A stretch of DNA of 64,000 nt, from the NCBI GenBank assembly GCA_003222035.1, contig QHUS01000046.1, positions 4,299 to 68,298 on the forward strand. Direction: 5' to 3'. A program made the position numbers and the translations under genes. Of this stretch, positions 21,816-29,463 are shown in pieces. This DNA comes from Gemmatimonadota bacterium. Lineage in GTDB: Bacteria > Gemmatimonadota > Gemmatimonadetes > Gemmatimonadales > GWC2-71-9. Each line of letters starts with the position of its first letter. The stretch's first letter is position 1. The notes below the pieces were generated by a model. It searched no databases, had not been told where the DNA came from, and saw only the letters and a list, made by a program, of their open reading frames with translations.

Positions 21816-22730
21816 TTAGATCGCTTTCTTCATCCGAATGGAGCCGTTCACCGTTTCGAGGTGCACGGTGCGTCCGCCCTGACCCAGCGTCCCCTTGAGC
21901 TTCCGCCCAGCGAACTGTCCGCTCACGCTGAGCGGATAATCCGTCGTGATGGAGCCGTTCACGGTCGACCCGTCGACGTCCGCGTCGAGCTGCGCGGGCA
22001 GCTCGGCCGTGATGGAGCCGTTGATCGTCTGAATCTTCACGGCTCCCGTGTCTCCGAACGCCTCGATGCGGACGCGCACATCGCCGTTCATTGATGCGGC
22101 GTGCACCGGCCCCTTGGCGGTCACCGCGTCGAGATCGCCGCTGACCGTGTGGAGCACGAGCGGGCCCCGAGCGCCGGCAACGTGCAGGTCCCCGACCACG
22201 GTCGACGCACCCAGACCAACGCCACGGGGAAGCCGAACGGTAAAGTCGACCGCGACGTCGTTATGGTGACGTCCCCCGCGCATCTCGAAGTCAGGCCGCC
22301 CGGGCCCGCACCCCGGGTCGCTCGACCAGAGTGCGCACACGGCGACGCCGCCCGCATATGGCACGGCCACGAGCTTCACGCTCGCCGTATCCGACGAGCG
22401 GTACGACTTCACCGCTGAGATTTGCAACGAGTCCCCCACACCGGGCTCCACGGTCACGGAGCCGCGCGTGTTCCGGATCCAGACCCACTGCTTTGGTGCG
22501 AGCTTCGATCGGTACGCCCACGTCGCGCCCGCAGTGCGAGGACCTGATCCACCGTCGTCACGCGCGAATTCGCTCTTGAGGTCGCGGAGGGCCATCGGCA
22601 GGTTGGTCACGACGCTCTGGCGCACGTGGCGGGTGAAGGAAATCACGATCAGACCGATCACGAGCACGGTGCAAAACAGCACCGCCCCGCGAATGATTTC
22701 CTTGTGCCACGTGTTCCAGAACGCGCTCAT
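21816..22730 (-). CDS. membrane-anchored DUF4097-like (putative adhesin / beta-helix) protein
   Basis: ORF 21816..23210 trimmed to ATG 22728-22730, which has GGGAGGAGGG upstream. N-terminal transmembrane segment, and repeated ...NGSI/NGDV... beta-strand motifs ending in VHLETVNGSIRMKK. Confidence 0.6.
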   Translation of the reverse strand: MSAFWNTWHKEIIRGAVLFCTVLVIGLIVISFTRHVRQSVVTNLPMALRDLKSEFARDDGGSGPRTAGATWAYRSKLAPKQWVWIRNTRGSVTVEPGVGDSLQISAVKSYRSSDTASVKLVAVPYAGGVAVCALWSSDPGCGPGRPDFEMRGGRHHNDVAVDFTVRLPRGVGLGASTVVGDLHVAGARGPLVLHTVSGDLDAVTAKGPVHAASMNGDVRVRIEAFGDTGAVKIQTINGSITAELPAQLDADVDGSTVNGSITTDYPLSVSGQFAGRKLKGTLGQGGRTVHLETVNGSIRMKKAI

Positions 22731-22855
22731 GACCGCGCCCTCCTCCCGGTACGCTCCATACTGGCGCGTCTTACGGGAGTTGGCGAGTCGGAGTTTCGGA
22801 AAAACCTTGGGGGGAGGGGAGCAGGGAGGGGGCAGGAGCCCCCCCCTGTGTGTCG

Positions 22856-23146
22856 TCAAGAGACAGCGCGAAATCGGGTCGAATGATTCTCCACACAGCG
22901 GACGGTCGGGCGGGTCAGCACCCGATCCCCGATGGCAGCGGCGCGCGTGCTCCTCGACGATTCCACTGTGACCGGGTCGAGCACGCCGCCGTACCAGACT
23001 CCGTCGAGGGACGGGCCGGGTGGGTTCGTGGCCGCGGGCGCCGTGACGATGTTGCGGGCCGCACCGAGAGACGACACGGCCATCTGCGCCGCATAACCAT
23101 AGCCGGCGGTGAGGGCGATGCCGAGCAGCAGAGCATAGACGCGCAT
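22856..23146 (-). CDS. small hypothetical secreted protein
   Basis: 96-aa ORF with GGAGG 6 nt upstream of the ATG and a signal-peptide-like MRVYALLLGIALTAGYGYAAQMA. No family recognised. Confidence 0.4.
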   Translation of the reverse strand: MRVYALLLGIALTAGYGYAAQMAVSSLGAARNIVTAPAATNPPGPSLDGVWYGGVLDPVTVESSRSTRAAAIGDRVLTRPTVRCVENHSTRFRAVS

Positions 23147-23239
23147 TGGTTGCCTCCGGACAGCTGGTCTTACCGCACGATTTGCTTTGTAAGACGTCGA
23201 GAGGCCCCAAATGGTTGCAGTTGGGGTGTCAGAGCCCCG

Positions 23240-23692
23240 TCAGGCTTCGGACCACGCGACTTCGTAATCGCCGTGGCACCGGTTGCAGGCCATCCGGCGG
23301 GGATGCCCTCCAAGGGGTTGACGCTCGCGGCAACTCGGGCAGACCGCGTAGCGATCACCCCAATTCGCCGGGAGGTGGATGGCGTCCTCAGGCCTGGGCA
23401 CAACGGTCCATTTACGAGGCGGTCGCTCGACCACCTGCAAGAACGCGGAGGGGATCTGGTGTAGCCGGCCCGCGACCTCGAGGACGGTTTGGAGCGGCCC
23501 AGGCTGCGTTATGCGATACCAGGCTCCGCGGCGGAGCTTCACATTCAGGTCAGCCTGCAACCTCGCCCACATCCCACGCATGCCACATTGTTTCGCTCGC
23601 AGAAGCCGCGCCGTCAAGATGTCGCGCGCCCGCAGCACGCTGACATCCCCCTGACACCCGTCCTGCAACCTTCTGGAGGCGATTCGCGTCAT
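23240..23692 (-). CDS. hypothetical protein with a C-terminal CxxC...CxxC zinc ribbon
   Basis: ORF 23240..24067 trimmed to the internal ATG at 23690-23692 (MTRIASRRL...). Contains CPSCRER...CNRCHGDYEV. There is no clear RBS and the start is uncertain. Confidence 0.35.
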   Translation of the reverse strand: MTRIASRRLQDGCQGDVSVLRARDILTARLLRAKQCGMRGMWARLQADLNVKLRRGAWYRITQPGPLQTVLEVAGRLHQIPSAFLQVVERPPRKWTVVPRPEDAIHLPANWGDRYAVCPSCRERQPLGGHPRRMACNRCHGDYEVAWSEA

Positions 23693-23758
23693 AGGGGAGA
23701 CACCCGGGGGAGCGCCGTCCCGCCCGATCGTTGGCAGGCAACTTACCGGAGGTGGGTG

Positions 23759-24442
23759 GTGCTCATTCTCACGCTGCTCGAGTCCAGACGGAAGCTCAGC
23801 GGGAAGCGAACCTTCGGGATCGGAGCCGCGTCGCTCGCGACTCACACGGCCCTGATCGCTGGCGCGGTTTACGCGACACTCCACGCCGCCCCGAGCGACA
23901 CTCACGTATTGATGGACACCACGGTCGTGCTGCTCGCTCCCCAGGAACAGCAGAAGCCTGCAGCGTCGCAGCCGGTCCAGATGGTCGATGCGTTGAAGGG
24001 GTTTCAGACCGTCACGGTGCCGGCGCAAATCCCCACCGACCTGCCGCCGGTGGATCTCGAGCAGCACTTCAACCCGAAGGACTATTCGGGGGTCGGCGTT
24101 GAGGGTGGGCGCGCGAACGGTATTGCGCCCAGCGCTAGTGAAGCGTACGCCGAAGCGCTCGTCGACGAAAAGCCGACCCTGCTTTCGGCGCCGCCTCCCC
24201 TTTATCCGCCGCTCTTGAAGCTGGCCGGTATCCAGGGCCGGGTGATTCTCCGGGCCATCGTCGACACGACCGGCCGGGTGGAGCCTGCGTCGGTGCAGAT
24301 CGTGCAGAGCCCCAATCCGGCGTTTGATCTGCCGACCAAGCAGTGGGTGATCAAGGCGCTGTTCCGCCCGGCCCGGCTGCGGGGCCAGGTGGTGCGCGTG
24401 TTCATCAACCTGCCGGTGGACTACGCGCTGACGAAAGGCTAG
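23759..24442 (+). CDS. energy transducer TonB family protein
   Basis: ORF 23489..24442 trimmed to GTG 23759, which has GGAGG upstream. LILTLLESRRK... N-terminus with a transmembrane segment. TonB C-terminal domain (PPLYPPLLKLAGIQGRVILRAIVDTTGRVEPASVQIV). Confidence 0.75.
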   Translation: MLILTLLESRRKLSGKRTFGIGAASLATHTALIAGAVYATLHAAPSDTHVLMDTTVVLLAPQEQQKPAASQPVQMVDALKGFQTVTVPAQIPTDLPPVDLEQHFNPKDYSGVGVEGGRANGIAPSASEAYAEALVDEKPTLLSAPPPLYPPLLKLAGIQGRVILRAIVDTTGRVEPASVQIVQSPNPAFDLPTKQWVIKALFRPARLRGQVVRVFINLPVDYALTKG

Positions 24443-24915
24443 GCGGCTCCCCGATAGGCCTTTTGAAGGTCGTCGATCACGATCTTCTTCATCTTCAGCA
24501 TGGCCTGCATGACCCGGTTCGCTTTCGCGCGATCGGCATCACTCAGCAGCTCGGTCAAAACGGTGGGGACGACTTGCCAGGAGAGGCCGTACTTGTCTTT
24601 GAGCCATCCACACGGGCCTTCTTCACCCCCAGCTGAGAGTTTGGTCCAGCACTCGTCGACTTCTTGCTGCGACGTACAGTCCACGACGAACGACACGGCT
24701 TCTGTAAACTTGTAGTGCGGCCCACCGTTCAACGCGATGAAGGGCTGTCCATCGAGCTCGAAGACCACCGTCATTACGCCGCCCTTGGGCCCCGGCCCTG
24801 CCTCGCCATAGCGAGCGATCTTCCCGATCTTCGAATTCTTGAAGATCGACACGTAGAATTTCGCCGCCTGTTCGGCTTGTGTATCGAACCAGAGAAACGG
24901 AGTGATCTTGGGCAT
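24439..24915 (-). CDS. VOC-family / PhnB-like (3-demethylubiquinone-9 3-methyltransferase domain) protein
   Basis: ORF trimmed to ATG 24913-24915: MPKITPFLWFDTQAEQAAKFYVSIFKNSKI...CGWLKDKYGLSWQVVP, typical of this family. Confidence 0.8.
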   Translation of the reverse strand: MPKITPFLWFDTQAEQAAKFYVSIFKNSKIGKIARYGEAGPGPKGGVMTVVFELDGQPFIALNGGPHYKFTEAVSFVVDCTSQQEVDECWTKLSAGGEEGPCGWLKDKYGLSWQVVPTVLTELLSDADRAKANRVMQAMLKMKKIVIDDLQKAYRGAA

Positions 24916-24958
24916 GAGTTGTGTCCTTGCGTGAGGTTCGACGGCTGCAACCAACAGG

Positions 24959-25044
24959 TGCCGAGGGCAGGACTCGAACCTGCACGGGGATCGCTCCCCA
25001 AGGGATTTTAAGTCCCTTGCGTCTACCGATTTCGCCACCCCGGC
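24959..25044 (-). tRNA. tRNA-Leu (anticodon UAA), long variable arm, CCA not encoded
   Basis: Minus strand: GCCGGGGTGGCGAAATCGGTAGACGCAAGGGACTTAAAATCCCTTGGGGAGCGATCCCCGTGCAGGTTCGAGTCCTGCCCTCGGCA. It has a 7-bp acceptor stem, an anticodon loop CTTAAAA, a T-loop TTCGAGT and discriminator A, and is followed by CCT. Confidence 0.9.
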
Positions 25045-25086
25045 TGGATGAAAATAAACAGGCGTGACGCATTGTGACGCATGGGT

Positions 25087-25116
25087 TTGACAAGACTGGG
25101 GGGCCAATGCTACTGT
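25087..25116 (+). promoter_or_regulatory. candidate promoter TTGACA-N18-TACTGT upstream of the FadL-like cluster
   Basis: TTGACA at 25087-25092 and TACTGT at 25111-25116. It is preceded by a direct repeat GTGACGCAT (25064-25072 and 25074-25082). Confidence 0.3.
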
Positions 25117-25166
25117 GTGCCCCGACCCATTCCCCATCTGGCCAAAAGCCACCCGGAGACGAACGT

Positions 25167-26588
25167 ATGCAGCGGTCCGTGCAGTACGCGCTGATGCTTT
25201 GCGCGGCGTTTCCAGCTCTGGTCGGAGCCCAAGGGTTCGCGATTTACGAGCAAGGCGCCTGCGCGATGGGACGCGCCGGTACCGGCGTGGCGGCCCCGTG
25301 CGACGACGGCTCCGCGATGTACTTCAACCCGGCCGGCCTCGCCGGCATCAAAGGGGGACGCGCCACGATCGGCGTGACGTTGCTCGACGTGAAGGGGAGC
25401 TTCACCGACGACATCTACCAGCAGAAAACGGACCTCGACGACCCGCTCCTCGCCGTTCCGCAAGCGTACGTGGCGTTCGGGCTTACGCCGAAACTCGGCG
25501 TCGGAATCGGGCTCTTCGCCCCGTACGGCCTCGAAACCCAGTGGCCCCTGTCGTTCGACGGCCGATTCGCGGGTTACGACAACATTCTCCGATCGGTGTA
25601 CCTCCAGCCCACGGTGGCCTATCAGGTGACGCCGTGGCTGAGCCTCGGGGCCGGGGTCGACATCGCGTTCGGGTCGGTGGAGCTCAACCAGCGCCTCGAT
25701 CTCGCCGCGGCACCGGTCCCCCTTCCTGGGGTGCCGCCGGGCACGATCTTCGGACAGTTCGGCATCGCCCCGGGCACGGACTTCGCGAACGCACACCTCG
25801 AAGCGACACATACCAGCGTCGCGGCGCACTTCGGCACGTTGGTCAAGGTCAACGATCGGGTCTCGTTCGGCGCCCGATTCCTCACGCAGGCGAAGTTCGA
25901 TTACTCCGGGACGGCCGACTTCCAGCAGGTGCCGACCGGCCTGGTCGTGCCAGCGGACATCCCCGTCACCGCCACCGATACGATTCACGCAGGCACTCCG
26001 ATCGACGGACTGCTCGGGGCACCCGGTCTCGACCTGTTCAATCCGACGACCGGTGTGTTCCGCTCGCAACCGGTGACGACGACGGTCAAGAACCCGTCGC
26101 AGCTTGCCCTGGGCGTGGCCTTCAAGGTCGCGAGCGGGTGGACGCTGCTGGGCGACTACCAGCTGACCTGGTGGGATTCGTTTGACGTGCTCGAAATCAA
26201 GTTCCCTCAGGATCCGTCCGGGGCCCTCGGCCGGACGCTGTTCGAGAACTACCAGAACACCAGCGGCTTCCGTTTCGGCGCGGAGTGGCAAAAGGATGCG
26301 AAATGGACGTTCCGCGGCGGCTACCTGTATCACCAGGGTGCGGCACCGGATGAAACCGTGACTCCGCTCCTACCTGAAGGGGACCGGAACGAGATCACCG
26401 CAGGCGCCGCGCTAAAACTGTCGAAGGGTCTCTCCGCCGACGTCGCCTATCAATACATCCGGCAGAACGACCGCCGCGGCCGCACGCGGGAGCCTCTGTT
26501 CAACCAGCCGCCGACGACCGGTTTGAACAACGGCCTGTACACATTCCATGCGCACCTCTTCGGGGTGTCGCTCGGCTACAAGTTCTAG
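25167..26588 (+). CDS. outer-membrane hydrophobic-compound channel, FadL/TodX (OMPP1) family
   Basis: ORF trimmed to ATG 25167. Signal peptide MQRSVQYALMLCAAFPALVGAQG. N-terminal FAIYEQGA..GRAG...MYFNPAGLA motif. Ends in ...GYKF. Confidence 0.8.
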   Translation: MQRSVQYALMLCAAFPALVGAQGFAIYEQGACAMGRAGTGVAAPCDDGSAMYFNPAGLAGIKGGRATIGVTLLDVKGSFTDDIYQQKTDLDDPLLAVPQAYVAFGLTPKLGVGIGLFAPYGLETQWPLSFDGRFAGYDNILRSVYLQPTVAYQVTPWLSLGAGVDIAFGSVELNQRLDLAAAPVPLPGVPPGTIFGQFGIAPGTDFANAHLEATHTSVAAHFGTLVKVNDRVSFGARFLTQAKFDYSGTADFQQVPTGLVVPADIPVTATDTIHAGTPIDGLLGAPGLDLFNPTTGVFRSQPVTTTVKNPSQLALGVAFKVASGWTLLGDYQLTWWDSFDVLEIKFPQDPSGALGRTLFENYQNTSGFRFGAEWQKDAKWTFRGGYLYHQGAAPDETVTPLLPEGDRNEITAGAALKLSKGLSADVAYQYIRQNDRRGRTREPLFNQPPTTGLNNGLYTFHAHLFGVSLGYKF

Positions 26589-26601
26589 GGGAGCCCTGAC
26601 G

Positions 26602-27840
26602 ATGACGCACGGTCGCTTCTTCGTCGCCGGCGGTCTGAGCCTCGCGCTCCTCGCCGGCGCCTGCCACGAGGACGAACTCTTCAGCCCGCTCCCGCCGCAA
26701 TACGCGGGGGGAGCAATGTTCCAGCGCTACGTCGCGATGGGGAACAGCATCACCGCCGGTTTCCAGTCGGGGGGCTTCAACGACTCGACCCAGAAGCAGT
26801 CATATGCCCTGCTGCTCGCGACCGCGATGGGCTCGCAGTACTACTACCCGAGCTTCACGATGCCCGGGTGCCCGCCGCCTATCGACACCCTGTTCACGGC
26901 GTCCGGCGTTCCGCACACCCTCGGCGCGCCGCTCGCGCCGCCGTGCGCGCTCCGGAGTCCCACCATCCCGCCGTACCTGACCAACGTCGCCGTGCCCGGC
27001 GCGACGACATTTGACCCGGTCAGCACACTTCCGACCGTGTCGTCCAATGCGCTGACGTTATTCATTCTCGGGGGCCGGTCGCAGGTCGAGGCGGCAGCCG
27101 ACGCACACCCGACCTTCCTCAGTGTGTGGATCGGGAACAACGACGTGCTGGGGGCGGCCACCGACCAGACGAACGCCGGCGACCCCACCAAGGTGACGCC
27201 CGTCGCCTTGTTTACCGCGAACTATGACGCGATGCTCGCCGACTTGGACACCATCTCCACGCTCCAGGGCGCGATCCTCGTGGGTGTCGCCGACGTGGCC
27301 GCGATCCCGTACCTCTCGTACGGTCACATCTACTTCGGTGCCTTTCTCGGCGGCGCGTTTCCACCGACGATGACGGTGTCGTCGAACTGCGCGCCTCAGT
27401 CTTCGGGCGGAATCGGTGATACAGTACTCGTGCCGTTCCAATACGGCTTCGGGTTGATCGCGCAGGCGCGGGGCGGTGCGACGGTCACGCTGGACTGCAC
27501 CGACGACCACAACATCGAGCCTACCGAGCTCGCGAACCTCCATTCCACGGTGGCGGCGTACAACGCCGCGATCGCGGCTCGCGCGACCGCGCGGGACTGG
27601 GCGTTCCTCAACCCGAACGTCGCACTCGCCGCCTTGCGGGCGGACCCAGCACAGGTCGCACCGTTCCCCAACACGGCAGCGACGAGCTGTTGGGGCGCCA
27701 ACGCCGCGGGCAAACCGTTCGGGCTGGCGTTCTCGTGCGACGGGGTGCACCCGAGCGCTGCGACCCACCGGCTCATCGCCCAGATCCTGCGAGACTCGAT
27801 CAACGTGCATTACGGTTCCAAAATCCCGGCAGTGCCCTGA
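26602..27840 (+). CDS. SGNH/GDSL-family hydrolase lipoprotein
   Basis: ORF trimmed to ATG 26602. Lipobox LALLAGAC. Block I GNSITAG, GNND, and block V DGVHPS. Confidence 0.75.
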   Translation: MTHGRFFVAGGLSLALLAGACHEDELFSPLPPQYAGGAMFQRYVAMGNSITAGFQSGGFNDSTQKQSYALLLATAMGSQYYYPSFTMPGCPPPIDTLFTASGVPHTLGAPLAPPCALRSPTIPPYLTNVAVPGATTFDPVSTLPTVSSNALTLFILGGRSQVEAAADAHPTFLSVWIGNNDVLGAATDQTNAGDPTKVTPVALFTANYDAMLADLDTISTLQGAILVGVADVAAIPYLSYGHIYFGAFLGGAFPPTMTVSSNCAPQSSGGIGDTVLVPFQYGFGLIAQARGGATVTLDCTDDHNIEPTELANLHSTVAAYNAAIAARATARDWAFLNPNVALAALRADPAQVAPFPNTAATSCWGANAAGKPFGLAFSCDGVHPSAATHRLIAQILRDSINVHYGSKIPAVP

Positions 27841-27909
27841 TCGCGAACTCGCCAGACGTTGCGGGGTAGCGAACACGGCATCCGCCACCCGGCGGGTGCC
27901 GTTTTGCTA

Positions 27910-29463
27910 ATGCGAACGCTCCGCGTCGTCTTTCTGCTCGCGAGCCCCGCCCTGATGGGCGGGGCTCGCGTCGCCGCGCAGGCCGTCGATCGGGCAGACG
28001 TCCCCGGCCGCGGCATGCTGCGCATCAGCTTCGATCCGCAGGTGATGACTTGGAACGATGTGTTCCTGAGCTCGGGCCGCATGAAGCTCGGCGCTCCGCT
28101 CACCGGGGACACCGTGGGTGGCCGCTCCATCCCGCTGGTCGCACAGATGGAGCAAAACGTTCGACTCGTCACCGGGATGGCGGGATTCGTCGCGAGCCTC
28201 TGGCAGGGCGTGCTCACCGTACGGCAGGAGCGCCGGACCTATCCGATCACGGCGGAGGTCGGCGTCACGGACCGCCTCTCGGTAAGCCTGATGGTGCCGA
28301 TCGTGCGCGTGGCGACGCGCGCCGCCCTGCAGATCTCGAGCAAGGGCACCAACCTCGGGGTGAATCCCCTGGTGCTCAACGTGGCCGGCGCCCGGGGAAC
28401 AGACTCGCTCTTCTTCGCGCAGTTCGACACGGCTCTCGCCCGATTCGACCAGCAGATCACGGCGGGGAGCTACGGCTGCGGCGCGAATCCGTCGTGCGCT
28501 GCCAGGGACAGCTCGGTGTACTGGCACAACGTGCGCCAAGCGCTGCACGGATCCGTGTACGGTGTGGGACAGACCGGCTCGCCGTTCCTCCCGCTCGACA
28601 CCTCGGCCGCCGGCAGGGCGATCGATGACGCGGTCGGGCGGATCCAGCAGGGTCTCAACGTGACCTTCGGGATCGGGGGGTTCGATACGACGGTCGCCCT
28701 ACCCGCGGACACGCTGACGCTCGCGACGTTCGAGCAGGTGCTGGTCCAGCCGGATCCCACAGGATTCGGATACGCGAGCCTGCCGTTCCAGCGCAACTTC
28801 AACTACCGCCTAGGCGACGTGGAGCTGGCAGCGAAGTACCGCCTGCTGACCGGCGCCCATTACGCCACGGCCGTCCAGGCGATCGTCCGCCTCCCCACCG
28901 GTGCCGTAGACTCGGCGAGCGACTTCCTGCGTCAATGGGTCGGCGACCATCAGCTGGACCTCGAGGGACGGGTACAGCAGGAGCTGTCGGTGGGGCCGCT
29001 GTGGCTCAACGCCGCTCTGCGCGCGGGCACGCAGCGTCCGGGCACGCGGGTACGGCGCGTCGCACCGTTCGAGGCCTTCCTCGTGCCCGCGGCTGCCACG
29101 GTGGACATGCGCTGGGATCCGGGGGACTACGCCGGCGTCGACGTCGCGCCGATGATCCAGTTTGCGCCGACGTTCGCCGCGGGAGTCACGGTGGGCTACT
29201 TCACCCAGGCGAGTGATCATTACGCGTATCAATCGGCGCAGGACTCGGTCGCGCTGGCGGCACGGATGGGCGCTCCGACGGCGGCCAGCGCGCTCGACCA
29301 GGGGACGTCGCAGCGACGCGTGCGCCTGGGTTTCGCCGCCACCTACCACACGCCGACGGTCGAGGGCGGGTTCTCGATCGAGCAGACCGTCAGCGGCGCG
29401 GGACTCGTCCTCGGGGCAACGCTGTACCGGATCGTGCTTCGGGTGTCGCGGAAGCTCTTCTGA
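27910..29463 (+). CDS. putative outer-membrane beta-barrel protein (possibly of the MetA-pathway/phenol-degradation-like transporter family; weak recollection)
   Basis: ORF trimmed to ATG 27910. Signal peptide MRTLRVVFLLASPALMGGARVAAQA. Alternating beta-strand pattern. RLGDVELAAKYRL motif. C-terminal ...RKLF. Confidence 0.55.
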   Translation: MRTLRVVFLLASPALMGGARVAAQAVDRADVPGRGMLRISFDPQVMTWNDVFLSSGRMKLGAPLTGDTVGGRSIPLVAQMEQNVRLVTGMAGFVASLWQGVLTVRQERRTYPITAEVGVTDRLSVSLMVPIVRVATRAALQISSKGTNLGVNPLVLNVAGARGTDSLFFAQFDTALARFDQQITAGSYGCGANPSCAARDSSVYWHNVRQALHGSVYGVGQTGSPFLPLDTSAAGRAIDDAVGRIQQGLNVTFGIGGFDTTVALPADTLTLATFEQVLVQPDPTGFGYASLPFQRNFNYRLGDVELAAKYRLLTGAHYATAVQAIVRLPTGAVDSASDFLRQWVGDHQLDLEGRVQQELSVGPLWLNAALRAGTQRPGTRVRRVAPFEAFLVPAAATVDMRWDPGDYAGVDVAPMIQFAPTFAAGVTVGYFTQASDHYAYQSAQDSVALAARMGAPTAASALDQGTSQRRVRLGFAATYHTPTVEGGFSIEQTVSGAGLVLGATLYRIVLRVSRKLF

